A stretch of 64,000 bases of DNA from an uncultured Methanosarcinaceae archaeon (GCA_963833425.1 CAWHXP010000015.1:1-64000); one strand, 5' to 3'; counted from the first letter of the stretch, positions 11,672 to 22,628 are shown. The notes: generated from the sequence alone by a model not told the origin. Made by a program: numbers and translations.

Positions 11672-12022
11672 TAAAGATAATCAAATCATATAAATACTTT
11701 TTATTTTTTAAAAAATTATGAATTAGTTAGATATAAGTAATCCAAACACATTATATATTTTTATAATATTGAATTTATTCTTAAGCACTGGTGTTTAACT
11801 TACTTATTCTATACTTTCGTTAAATGCTACGGTTTTGAATCAAAAATAAATGAATAAATTGGAAAATAATAAATTTCGTGGTTATAGTCACTCTACTAGT
11901 TAATTTGATATCAAAAACAGACGATGTTACATCACTAAGAAGCAGATTGGAAAATATTTTCTACAGAACAAAATACATAATATTTTTTTTGATAATATGT
12001 ATGTGGAAACGGGGGAAAATGC

Positions 12023-12147
12023 ATGGTAAATAAAAAAAGTTGTATTCGATAGCCTTAGTTTTAATAGCTGTGATTTTAGTGCTAATAAATATCGCAAGTG
12101 CAATGCCATATGCATATATTACAAACTATGGCATCAACAGTGAATAA
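12023..12147 (+). pseudogene. 5' remnant of a YVTN beta-propeller surface protein gene
   Basis: With one frameshift it reads MVNKK(L)YSIALVLIAVILVLINIASAMPYAYITNYG, i.e. a signal peptide plus the typical PYAYITN start. Confidence 0.6.
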
Positions 12148-12523
12148 CTGAAACGTTATGATTATAAGTGATTTATACAAAAATACATCTTATAAGTTGT
12201 GGGTAAGATATTTTATCTATTGAAGAGATATTTTTTAATTTTTTTATTTTGGAAACATAACTATACTCCTACATTCAAAAATTTCATTCTTGGATCTGTT
12301 CAATAGCGCATTTATGGATCCTTATATAATTGAATGTAATATGATGTGTATTTTTTACATATTTACTATATAGTAATTTTTTAACTACATGGTGAACAAT
12401 ATGCGTAATCCAGACCACAAGGACCATGGCAGCAACTTTTTGGATGATAGATTATTATTTTCAATAATACCTATATATAAAAAACATAAATAGCATAGTA
12501 AAACTTATTAAAAAGTTATTTTA

Positions 12524-12642
12524 TATTGAAAGTAAAAATGGAAAAATTTGTTAGCAATTTATTAAATGGAATTCTGTATTATTGAAAGTAAAAAGATGGA
12601 AAAATTTGTTAGCAATTTATTAAATGGAATTCTGTATTGAAA
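12524..12642. repeat. Tandem duplication of a ~56-58 bp unit
   Basis: TATTGAAAGTAAAAA(GA)TGGAAAAATTTGTTAGCAATTTATTAAATGGAATTCTGTAT occurs twice back to back. Confidence 0.9.
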
Positions 12643-12695
12643 AATTGAGTTTCTAATTCAATTAATTCATATTTTCAGTTTTGTTTCGAACATTA

Positions 12696-12870
12696 TATAA
12701 TTATTTTTTCAAATTTTTCCTTTTATGATTGTGGTTTAGATAATTAGTTCCCAATGTTTCCTGAGTTCCATATGCTCTATGAGTCTCATAAGCTTCGAGA
12801 ATCGTAGATTATCAATAATCTCTCATTCTGGATTGACTTCAGAAATTCAGAGATTTTATCACAAAAAACT
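12696..12870 (+). repeat. Dispersed element with 9-bp unit array, copy A (6 units)
   Basis: TAATTAG TTCCCAATG TTTCCTGAG TTCCATATG CTCTATGAG TCTCATAAG CTTCGAGAA ... AGAAATTCAGAGATTTTATCACAAAAAACT. Confidence 0.8.
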
Positions 12871-13026
12871 GGGCATTTTGAGCTTAAAATATTTTATGTT
12901 GGAGTAACTTTTTTCCCGACATTATTTTTTGCATAATTAATTTAAAATATTAACTATAGCAATTAAATACAATGCAATTATCGATAATAGATCACAGGGA
13001 AAAAATTTTGGATACAAGTGGGTAAC

Positions 13027-13503
13027 ATGGGACTAATGAGTGAGTTTGAGGAATTTCTTGTTGAATACAAAGTAATTCCACTAGCAATTGCTCTTATCAT
13101 GGGTATAGCATCCACAGCTTTCATAAAGTCTTTTGTTGATAACATAGTAATGCCAATTATTACACCTTTTATTCCAGGTGGAGCTTGGAGGACTGCGACT
13201 TTTGGAATTGGGCCTATATTAATAAGTTGGGGTGCTTTTCTAGGAGAATTGATAAACTTTATCATTATCGCATTTGTGGTTTTTATCATAGCAAAAAAGT
13301 TTTTAAAGGAAGAAAAAGTGGAAAAAAATAACTTAAAAAATTATGAGGCTTTAATTTTTTTTACTTCAGTCAAATACCACATCTTACTTATGGATGGAAA
13401 CTTCTCAATAATTTGTATTAAATATATGGATTTATTATTCAAAGGGATTACACGATTAAACAATAAATCTGCAGGTTTGAAATTTCAAGTGTTCGGAAAG
13501 TAA
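13027..13503 (+). CDS. mscL: Large-conductance mechanosensitive channel MscL family protein, apparently read past its normal stop
   Basis: EFEEFLVEYKVIPLAIALIMG...SFVDNIVMPIITP...WGAFLGELINFIIIAFVVF. An A-run at ~13322-13328 puts a TAA out of frame after KEEKVEK. Confidence 0.85.
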   Translation: MGLMSEFEEFLVEYKVIPLAIALIMGIASTAFIKSFVDNIVMPIITPFIPGGAWRTATFGIGPILISWGAFLGELINFIIIAFVVFIIAKKFLKEEKVEKNNLKNYEALIFFTSVKYHILLMDGNFSIICIKYMDLLFKGITRLNNKSAGLKFQVFGK

Positions 13504-14521
13504 ATTCAATCACAATTCACACTATATCAAAATCCATTTATTGGGGATAAGTCTTAAAGTTTTGAAAGTTTATCTTATTCGCTGCTTATTTTTTGGAAGC
13601 CAGATTGTTCCGTGTCATAAGCATCTACAATTTTTCACTGATTTATCCCTTTTAAATTCAAACAAGTATTAAAAATATAATAAAATTGAATGAATTTTAT
13701 TGCTATCGATTTTAATTTAAATTAATCTAAGATAAATATTTTATAAAAATTTCTTTTTAATCGCATGTTTGTATATGTTCCTTTAATGCTAATTAACAGT
13801 TTCGAGTTTTACCTAAATATCTCTAATACTCTACTTTTTTGAAAAATCCAATTAATTTATCGACATTACATGTAATTTTATAACGGTTAGCAGATTTTCC
13901 CATTGCCATCGCATGAGAACCTAACCTTGAACTTATAGTATCTAGCCCTTGTTTACATTTACAATTATAAGAAGGGGATCCATATTTTATCCTTCGATGG
14001 CAATTCAATTATTAATTTTTGGACGTTTTTGAAAACCAAAATTAGAACAAACTTTTTGCCCAAAATAAAGATGCAATCAATGTTCAAAAAAAGAATTATG
14101 TGATTCATACTTTCATTTTATCCGAGCCTATTATTCGAAGAATTTCATATTTGTTTTTAAGCTACTGCAATATTGAGGAAATAACTGACATTCTTGTGCA
14201 CATCTGCAGAATGTTAGTTGTAGAAGTAAAAAAGTATATTTTAAATGAATGCTCCTTTTTATACTCTTAACTCTGGATCGTTGGTTACGTGTTCAAAAAG
14301 AATTGATAGAATAGGTCGTAACATTAAATAAAATATTGAAAAAAAAATCCTTAATGGACATAATTTACTTCATCAGGTGAAATTATTATATCAACGATAA
14401 TACATAATTTAGAGAAGAGTCTTCTAAAACATTTTGATTACTCATGCTAAACTAATAACTTACTAGGAGATAAACTATTAAGGTACCTATATCTGACTTT
14501 CAAAAGCAAATCAATTTACTG

Positions 14522-16027
14522 ATGAGAAAAGAACTAAGAAGCACGATAGCCGTTCCAAGAGCTGTCTCTCGCCAACTGAGGGAAAAAGTAGCTGAAATCA
14601 TAACTTCAGAGATTCTTTTTGGCCATCCCTATGAGATAAAGGATCCTGAAAGATTTATCACGATTTTTGGATTCTTTTATCCGATCTTTTTCGCCCTTAA
14701 AAATTCAAAATCTTGGCCTAAATTCCAAAAAATCGCAAAAAGAAGTAGAGGAGCTGGAATTACAGGATTGAAAATTCTTCTTCCTTTAATATTTGATATA
14801 ATGGAGCTTTTTTTAGAACCTTCAACCTGCGTTTCAAGAGGAAAATACATTAAAGAACTCGAAACTGAGATGGATACCATCCTGACAGAGTTTGAAAAGA
14901 GTTTAAAAGAAACTCTTATTATGTGGAGAAATAACTCCCCTAATGAAGACAACAACTATCCAGGGATAAGAAATCCTGAAGATCTTGCTTTTCAGGAATA
15001 TGTCCTCGAATTTATGCAGAAGAACAATCATCGGATATTTATGGAAGGAATAATGGAGGGAATTTACAAGATAATGAATGAATTTATCGCAGAAATGGAC
15101 GAGAATCTGGAGCTTTTTGATACTCTTGCACTCCTTTTTCCAGGACGAAATTGGAACTATTCCATAAAAGAACTCCAAAAAGAACCTTTTTATCCGCAGT
15201 TTAAGACACTGAAAAGCTGTTCAACCTTTTTCGAAAGAAATCCTGATCTGATAAAAATTGTAGATTTCATCGGCAGGCAGGAATTCAATCCACAGAGTGA
15301 TCATATATGCCTATCTATCTTCGGTAAAAACAGAATACAGACTGTGAATTTCTCAGATTCTATCAATAACCTCCTCCCCATGGAAGCCGCAAAGCTCCTG
15401 AACCCTGCTCTGAAGCGGAAGTTCTATGCGGATATGCTTGAAGGAAAACTTCTGAGTTACCAGTTACTTGGAAAACACTATACAAGCCCTCCCAGTATAA
15501 AACCCAAAGGACCCATAATCGTTCTTGTGGATACCTCTGGCTCCATGCATGGAGCTCCTCAGACCCTGGCAAAGTCTGTGGTGCTGGCTATAGCAAAGCT
15601 AATGCTCTCTCAAAAGAGGGATATGAAAGTCATTTTTTTTGCGTCTACCAGCCAACACCTGGAAATAGAACTAAGCAGCAGGAAAAAGATGTCTGAAAAA
15701 TTTCTGAATTTCCTACTTTATACCTTCGGTGGGGGGACGGATTTCAACACTGCCCTTGCATCAGGTCTTAAATCACTTAAGGAAAACGATTTTCAGGGTG
15801 CAGATCTGGTTTTCATCACCGATGGAAAGTCAGAGATATCTGACGAGTTGTTACTTGCACGTTGGGAAGAGACGAAAAAGAAGTATAAAGCAAAAGTTTA
15901 CTCGTTGATTATAGGCGGCAGTGGAGCAGGCGGGCTTTCTAATATTTCGGACTATACCTACCTTGTAGATATTGAACTGGATTCAGAGGGTACTGGTAGA
16001 GTTGTGAGCCTGACGGAATACAAATGA
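14522..16027 (+). CDS. vWA-domain protein (ViaA-like)
   Basis: MIDAS residues VDTSGSM, GGGTDF and FITDG, preceded by LLPMEAAKL...FYADMLEGKLLSYQ. Possible upstream in-frame ATA at 14489. Confidence 0.85.
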   Translation: MRKELRSTIAVPRAVSRQLREKVAEIITSEILFGHPYEIKDPERFITIFGFFYPIFFALKNSKSWPKFQKIAKRSRGAGITGLKILLPLIFDIMELFLEPSTCVSRGKYIKELETEMDTILTEFEKSLKETLIMWRNNSPNEDNNYPGIRNPEDLAFQEYVLEFMQKNNHRIFMEGIMEGIYKIMNEFIAEMDENLELFDTLALLFPGRNWNYSIKELQKEPFYPQFKTLKSCSTFFERNPDLIKIVDFIGRQEFNPQSDHICLSIFGKNRIQTVNFSDSINNLLPMEAAKLLNPALKRKFYADMLEGKLLSYQLLGKHYTSPPSIKPKGPIIVLVDTSGSMHGAPQTLAKSVVLAIAKLMLSQKRDMKVIFFASTSQHLEIELSSRKKMSEKFLNFLLYTFGGGTDFNTALASGLKSLKENDFQGADLVFITDGKSEISDELLLARWEETKKKYKAKVYSLIIGGSGAGGLSNISDYTYLVDIELDSEGTGRVVSLTEYK

Positions 16028-16353
16028 AGAAAATAGATCTCCTAAAGGGTCTAATCTTAATTTGCTCTTATATAATACAATTGTAACTATTCAGCCCACA
16101 TAAAAAAATTAGTTGGATGATATCTTTTTGGATAAAAATAGATATTTTTGATTACTAATTGATGAAAAAGATGAAAAATAAGATAAAGGCGGACAATTGA
16201 ATAAAATAAATTAATCGAAAACTCTGGAATGAAATTATTTTAGTTAATATGAACGGAAAGCTGTACATAATCACTATCATACCGATTGCATTAAGCCAAA
16301 AAAGGTATCTTTTACCAATTTCAAAGCGTATATATTTCAAAGTTAGGATTTAT

Positions 16354-17207
16354 GGTTCCGTTGCAAAAACTTCAATAAAATATGTAAATCTATAAGTAAT
16401 TAATAAAAATCGAAATATTCAAGGAAAATGTACTAACATTATAAAGCTGTACCAAATAATTGATTAATGTATTTGACTTCATTAAGAGCAGAGTAATTTA
16501 GATCGATTACTTGTCCTTTTTTGATCATATTTATAGCTTCAATTCCTTTTAAAATCTTATTAGCAGATCGAAAAGACTGAAATCCTAACATTGGATTAAC
16601 GATTCGCTTTATAGATCTGTGATCTTGTTCTATAATATTATTCAAATACTTGATTTGTCGAATGCCTAAGTTTTTAGGTAGTATTTTATCAATTTTTAGT
16701 TTATCGATAGCAGGTGGATAAGCTGGATTCTTATCAACGGTTATTAATCTTGGAATTTGATTATGATTAAAACTTAAAGCTTTCTTAAAGAATCTCTTCG
16801 CTGCTTTTCTATTTAGTTTTGAACTTAACATGAAATCAATTGTATCTCCATTTAAGTCAACTGCTCGATAAAAATAGTCCCATTTACCTTTTACTTTGAT
16901 ATAGGTTTCATCAACTCTCCACGAATAGTTTGTTAGCCTTAAATGTCTTCTTATCTTCTTTTCTATTTCAGGTGAATATTGATGTACCCATCTCATGATT
17001 GTTGTATGGTAGACTTTTACTCCCCTTTCTGCCATCATTTCCTTTAAATTTCTATAGCTTAATGGATATTTTAAGTACCATCTTACATTTAATAGGATAA
17101 TTTCCCCTTCATAATGCTTCCATTTAAAGGAATTAGATAGCATATTACTGTCTTTGGTTTTCGTTTTATTCTATTGTATCATTAGAAAGTATTTTTGCAA
17201 CGGAACC
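16354..17207 (-). mobile_element. Complete IS6-family insertion sequence
   Basis: IRs GGTTCCGTTGCAAAAA at both ends around an intact transposase. Confidence 0.95.
16439..17143 (-). CDS. IS6-family DDE transposase (intact, 234 aa)
   Basis: FKWKHY, WRVDETYIKVKG, ITVDKNPAY, NNIIEQDHR. Confidence 0.95.
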   Translation of the reverse strand: MLSNSFKWKHYEGEIILLNVRWYLKYPLSYRNLKEMMAERGVKVYHTTIMRWVHQYSPEIEKKIRRHLRLTNYSWRVDETYIKVKGKWDYFYRAVDLNGDTIDFMLSSKLNRKAAKRFFKKALSFNHNQIPRLITVDKNPAYPPAIDKLKIDKILPKNLGIRQIKYLNNIIEQDHRSIKRIVNPMLGFQSFRSANKILKGIEAINMIKKGQVIDLNYSALNEVKYINQLFGTAL

Positions 17208-17807
17208 GCTTATGTAATTTATAGAGCGTCTGAAGCTCTTGGAACATTTGAAATTAATTAAGCTGAAACATAGTAATAAATAAAGAGTTCAAAATAAAGA
17301 ATTTAAAATTAAATGTATATGATATACCTTGCAAACAAATAGCCATATGATGTGCGCCACAAAATGTATACTAGTGTACTCGCGTAATGGAATGCACAAT
17401 ATTTTTTTCTTGTAGATTGGCACTCTCTAAATTAATTTTTCAATTATAAAATGATCATTAATATGATATTAATATGTAAACTTTGCTATAAGATCTACAC
17501 GCATTCTTGACTTATATTTTCCAGGATTTCTAATTCACTAAGATCTTATATAACTTTGTAAAAATAAATATAAATGTGAATTAAATAAATTAAAGTAATA
17601 TGAATAATATTTAAAAAATGATTACAAACTTAGAAAGTTAAAGTGAACATCACATACAAAAGTTCTAGTGAATTTATGAGAGTGAAAAATAAACTAGATC
17701 TTAAGGCCGATTACAATTTTGCCAATAGTATGTTTTTTTCAATTTAACTGCGCAAATCCTAACAGAATTAAATTTGCACCGAACTTAACAAAGAAGAAGT
17801 GAAATAA

Positions 17808-18605
17808 ATGTTGAAACAAGCATCTAGTAAAATGAAAAAGGTACTGCCTATTTTGCTGGCAATCCTTTTTGTAGTATCATTAACAGTTGTATCAGTTAGT
17901 GCTTTCGCCGGTCGGCATCATGGCCATTTGGGCCATAGCGGCTGGGGTCCTGGCTGGAGTGACTGTCTTGGTGTAGGTTATGGCTCTCCATACTTAGGCT
18001 ATTCTTATGCAGCTACGTATGTAGCTCCCGTACCAGTTTCTGTTCCTGCAGTTCAAGAAGTCTCTGTACCTGCTACGTATGTAGCCCCCGTACCAGTTTT
18101 TGTTCCTGCAGTTGAAGAAGTCTCTATGCCCGCTACGTATGTAGCCCCCGCACAAGTTTCTGTTCCTGCAGTTGAAGAAGTCTCCGTGCCTGCTGTTACT
18201 TGCTATCCAGCCACAGCTTCATCTCAAACAGTCAGTCCAGAATCCACAGTCGTTAAGGATCAGAAAAAAACCATATCTAAAGCAGTAAGTACAAAACCTA
18301 CTGTAGTTAAAGAGAAGAAAAAAGTCACTTCTGAAGCAGTAAGTTCCGAACAAGTTGCAGTCACTGAAATTGCAGTACCACCCATGATTACCGCGTCTGC
18401 ACCCGCTGTAACCACATCAACTGTAGCGGTCTCACCTGTTGCAATGACTTCTGAGCCAGCTATTTTAACAGCACCTTTCGCGATTGGTCTTGAATCTTGT
18501 CCTGTATACGGCTATGGTCTTGGGTACCCTGGCTTTGGCTGGGGCGGCTTCGGCGGTTGGGACCACAGCGGTCACCACGGCGGTCATCGTGGCTGGCATC
18601 GCTAA
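17808..18605 (+). CDS. Secreted low-complexity protein: Gly/His/Trp/Tyr-rich ends, Val/Pro/Ala-rich repeat core
   Basis: Signal-like MKKVLPILLAILFVVSLTVVSVSA, then GRHHGHLGHSGWGPGW, 20-aa repeats, and C-terminal GWGGFGGWDHSGHHGGHRGWHR. Confidence 0.75.
   Translation: MLKQASSKMKKVLPILLAILFVVSLTVVSVSAFAGRHHGHLGHSGWGPGWSDCLGVGYGSPYLGYSYAATYVAPVPVSVPAVQEVSVPATYVAPVPVFVPAVEEVSMPATYVAPAQVSVPAVEEVSVPAVTCYPATASSQTVSPESTVVKDQKKTISKAVSTKPTVVKEKKKVTSEAVSSEQVAVTEIAVPPMITASAPAVTTSTVAVSPVAMTSEPAILTAPFAIGLESCPVYGYGLGYPGFGWGGFGGWDHSGHHGGHRGWHR
18012..18195 (+). repeat. Three 60-bp tandem repeats coding ATYVAPVPVSVPAVEEVSVP
   Basis: GCTACGTATGTAGC(T/C)CCCG recurs at 18012, 18072 and 18132. Confidence 0.9.
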
Positions 18606-19333
18606 TAAAAAAAAGATCTAAGTCTGGAAAATAAAAATAAAAACTGTAAAAAAATAGAAATTATAAGTAAAGTATAGTTAAGAGTCTCACTAGCTATTTT
18701 AATACTATGCTAGATTATACAAAAATACAGGCTGTTATGCTCTATAGAATTGAGTCCAATATACTCAGCCTATCATTTTTTTATTTTAAACAGTTAAATC
18801 TTTAATTTATTTTAGTTAAATTGCTCTAGGTATTACCGTGGTATCAGAAGCTGCATAATCTCAAGGAAGCAAATTTTACATAACTTTTGGTGAGCTGTTT
18901 GTAGAAAACTGGCATGTCTCATTTTGAAAATGTCACCGTTGATACTATGAATAAAAATTTTAATGATTTTAACCAAGAATCATATCATAAATATATCAAA
19001 GAGATTTATGCCAGACATTTACAAGATATCTCTGATAACAGTATCTTTTTATATTTATGGATAATGTTGTAAAGTTTGTGATGAGATCTTCAACTTAAAC
19101 ATTATGATCTTTGGAAGAATCAAAATGAATTTGACCATACGTTAGTCCATCTAATAGCTAGGTGGGTTAAAGATAATATCAAAAATAGAAATTTAACTCA
19201 TCTTAGCCAAAAAAATAGCATAAGAGATCACTAATCAACTCTTTTCTTGTGTTAAATTTGAAGAAGAATCATCCACGAATTCTGATAATGATAATTAAAT
19301 TGTTATGCGAAGTAATCAATTAGTAGTGGAACA

Positions 19334-19530
19334 GGATTCTGTTGCAAAAATAATATTTCTGCCTTTTGCTACCATAATTATGGTTCTGTTGCAAAAAATT
19401 TGGTTATTTTACAAAACCAGTGAAAAACATTACAAATGGGATATTTATATACTATATACAGGTCAATAATGATACAAAAAGCAATAGTTATAGCATAAAA
19501 AGGCAGTAAAATTATTTTTGCAACGGAACC
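19334..19530. mobile_element. 149-bp IS6-type MITE (19382-19530) next to an inverted partial copy (19334-19380)
   Basis: GGTTCTGTTGCAAAAA ... TTTTTGCAACGGAACC. Interior is close to 54791-54939. Confidence 0.85.
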
Positions 19531-19854
19531 TAGTCGTACATATCGTAAGGAATATGCCTATAACAGGCTTAGGATATGGTCTCCATACGATTAAAGAAAC
19601 TGGATTTCTCATTTCCATTGATGCAGAGTTTTTGTGATTAAACCTATTTATTAATAACTTAGCTTAGCTACAATTGCTTTAATTATACAGTTAATTTCTT
19701 CGCATTTAGATCCAAGTAAGCTATATCATCAGGCAAACCGAATAGGAGTGTATTAATCTAATATAACAGGCAAAATAAATTTAGTTCCCCTAACTTTTGC
19801 TTCGTCGCTTGCTGTAGACAGTTAATAATATTTATGACTTAGTCGTTATTGACT

Positions 19855-20756
19855 TTACATTTTATAATTTAATACATTGTCAATCGTATCTACATATTCA
19901 GTTCTGATTCCCACATTCTTTTCTATATACTCTTTAGAATTCATGATTTCAGGTGCTCTCTCAACAAAAGTAAAATCACTAAATTTTCTTTCTACGTATT
20001 TATATGTAACAAGCTCGCTGTTTTCCCTGGGAATTAGGAATAGGGGTTTCCCTTCAGCTTTTGCTGCCTTGGCTTTTTCGAGCACTCCACCTATCACGCC
20101 AATATTGCCTTTGCTATCAATAGTACCTGTAGAGTAATGTTGTTATTGAGCGTAATATTGCTGTCAATTGCGGAAATCGTAATAAGTGTCATGAGAGCAC
20201 CTGCACTGGGACCTTCAACACTTGGAATTTGATTTTTAGCATTAATACTGAATATAACATCATTCCTTGAAAGTGATTTTCCAGTTTTGTTCTCAGCTAC
20301 TAAGACTGCGGTGTTTCCTGCATCCTGAAAAAGTACACCCATCAGCGGAGTTGTCTGGAAGAGCACACGGCCTTCTCCTGGTTGAATCTCAACAGAAACA
20401 TCAACCATAGCACCTTCTTCAGCTACTTTCGAATCTGGTTGTACGGCTTGAAAGACAGCAGGTCCCTGGAGAGTAGCGAATCCCTTTATGCCTGTTGGAC
20501 GGGATTTAAAGCCATTTTCGAGTTCGAATATTTTTTTCCGATAGGATTCAAATTGGGAACCATAAAATTGAAGCATCTTATTATCTTGATTTATTTGCGC
20601 CCGAATGTCTTCGTTTTCCTTTTGAAGATTATTTATACGGGTCTGCATTTTCTGGACTTGTTTTCTTTCAACGGATGGCTGTTCTTCAAATAAGACAAAA
20701 TAAGCATTTGCAACAAGCGAAAGGATCAATAGGAAGACTAGAAGTTTAGATTTCAT
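19855..20756 (-). pseudogene. Membrane-anchored S16 (Lon-type proteolytic domain) serine protease, frameshifted near 20130
   Basis: N-terminal TM segment and coiled coil, VEGPSAG catalytic Ser. TGTIDSKGNIGVIGGVLEKAKAA continues in another frame. Confidence 0.85.
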
Positions 20757-21303
20757 ATGCCAGCCATCATTAGTTTGCTTTAGTGATACTTATCCTTTCT
20801 TTTTGAAAATTTTGTGTAATTTTAGATTGATGGACAATTTCATAGATTCGAAGCTAGCTGAAAAATTTTAATCCTGTTCTTACGGTTTATATAATCCTAC
20901 TTTGAGTTGTACAAAAAAAGTTATGTAGGATGCTTCATTAAAATAAGAGTAAGACCTTTAATTTTATTAATTTTACATCGTAGTTGACCATAAGTTATGT
21001 AAAATCTGATTGTCTCTGTATCTATTTATGATATTTCTGCGGGATCAGAGAGTACAGAATCAAGAGTGACAGCAATCTTTCAAATAAAAACGTGCCTTAA
21101 AATTAAATCAACTTTTACAAATGTAGATGAGCAAGCTTGAATTTAAATGCAGATAAGAAATTATTCCAATTTGCATACAGGGATTGCTATCATTCATATT
21201 CTAGTAAAGGTATTCCATATACTTTATTTACAATTTTATCTTTTGCGGTTTTTGTTTTCATTGAGATGCTATTCCCATATGACCATGTGACATATTTTCA
21301 TAT

Positions 21304-21549
21304 TCAAATATACGGGTACCTGTATGTGGGACAAACTAATGCACCGTTTACAATATAGCATCCAGAACCATAGTTCCAGCCACCATAACCCCAGCCGCAA
21401 TAGCCACCGTAGAGTCCATGACCACCATAATGCCCGTGACCACCATAATGTCCATGGCTACCATTACGATATTCTCGAGCACTTGCAGTCATCCCTGTCA
21501 ACGATACTACAAACAGGGCTACCAGCAAAAAAGCTAGTACCTTTCTCAT
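21304..21549 (-). CDS. Small secreted Gly/His/Tyr-rich protein with (G/S)HGxYG repeats
   Basis: Signal-like MRKVLAFLLVALFVVSLTGMTASA, then SHGHYGGHGHYGGHGLYGGYCGWGYGGW. Upstream DNA resembles that of 17808. Confidence 0.75.
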   Translation of the reverse strand: MRKVLAFLLVALFVVSLTGMTASAREYRNGSHGHYGGHGHYGGHGLYGGYCGWGYGGWNYGSGCYIVNGALVCPTYRYPYI

Positions 21550-21807
21550 TCCAGTAGATGATTGATTTCACTCCATTTATGTTGTTCAAATTACGAACAT
21601 GTTAAATTATAGAAAATTTCAACAAGTTTCTGATGTCAATAAGTTGCTTATTGTGATATTCATGGTGGCATAAGCAGATCGGCTTTTGTAAGTTTTCTAT
21701 GTGGATATCATTGAAGACCACTAAAAACATTTTAGAGACTTTTGTTTGTTTTTTTGAGCAGTGTTTCTGCTTTAGCTATCCATGATACATGTTAGATCTT
21801 TGCCGAT

Positions 21808-22156
21808 TTAGCTATTCATAGGCATATTGTTGCTAGTTCCAGTTTTCATAGGCATTTTGTTACCAATTCCGGTTTTGATAGGTATTTTATTGCCAGTTTC
21901 GGTTTTCAAGGCCATTTTTTACCTTTTCTACCACTCTTATTTGTGTTTTTGTGGTGGTGGTGGTGCCACTTGTGGTGGTTGCTATGCAACTTGTGTTGAT
22001 GCTTGAAGAAATTAGTCTTCACATCTTTCAGGATTATAATGGCTGTTTTTTATCCTTAACCACAACAGGTCCTACGCTTACTGCTGCAGCTGTCACGGAC
22101 ATTAAAAAACAAACTGCTAGCAAAATACCCAGTGTCTTTTTCATTTGTTTTAACAT
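21808..22156 (-). pseudogene. Frameshifted paralog of the same secreted family (His-rich, 10-aa repeats)
   Basis: MLKQMKKTLGILLAVCFLMSVTAAAVS; after shifts HQHKLHSNHHKWHHHH and MALKTETGNK-IPIKTGIGNK-MPMKTGTSNN. Confidence 0.6.
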
Positions 22157-22628
22157 CTTTCTATCTCCTTATTTTTATTTTAAAGAATTTTTCTACAAAA
22201 CACTTATGTAAGATTATCTAACTGCATCAAATCTGACTACGTTGATAATAATACATTATTTTTTATTTATTTTTTTTATATGTTATATTGTTTTTAAAAT
22301 CACTAAAGGTGTTTTTTGTGATTTGCAGTGCTTAAATCAATTGGCTTTAATAAATAGTTACTTTTTAAAATTGAAAAAATTAAATAAAAATAGACTTTAA
22401 AAAATAAAGGTATTTGAGCTTCTAATTTTACAATTAAACTTGTATAACGTGATTAACAGTTCTTTTGATTGCTATCAAGTTGTTTGGTTAAAAATTTGGC
22501 TAATAAGTGCTTATATCGGTAAAAAAATAGAAATAAACTTCAGTTTTAATAAATATAGTTATTTAAGCTTTTATTCTCAAAATAAAACATAAATAACTCG
22601 ATTAAGGCTTTTTAGTACTATTATCAAG

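Noticed and set aside
12741..12810. 9-bp unit arrays or the 60-bp repeats as a CRISPR array
   Set aside because: There is no constant repeat with unique spacers and no cas genes in the window.
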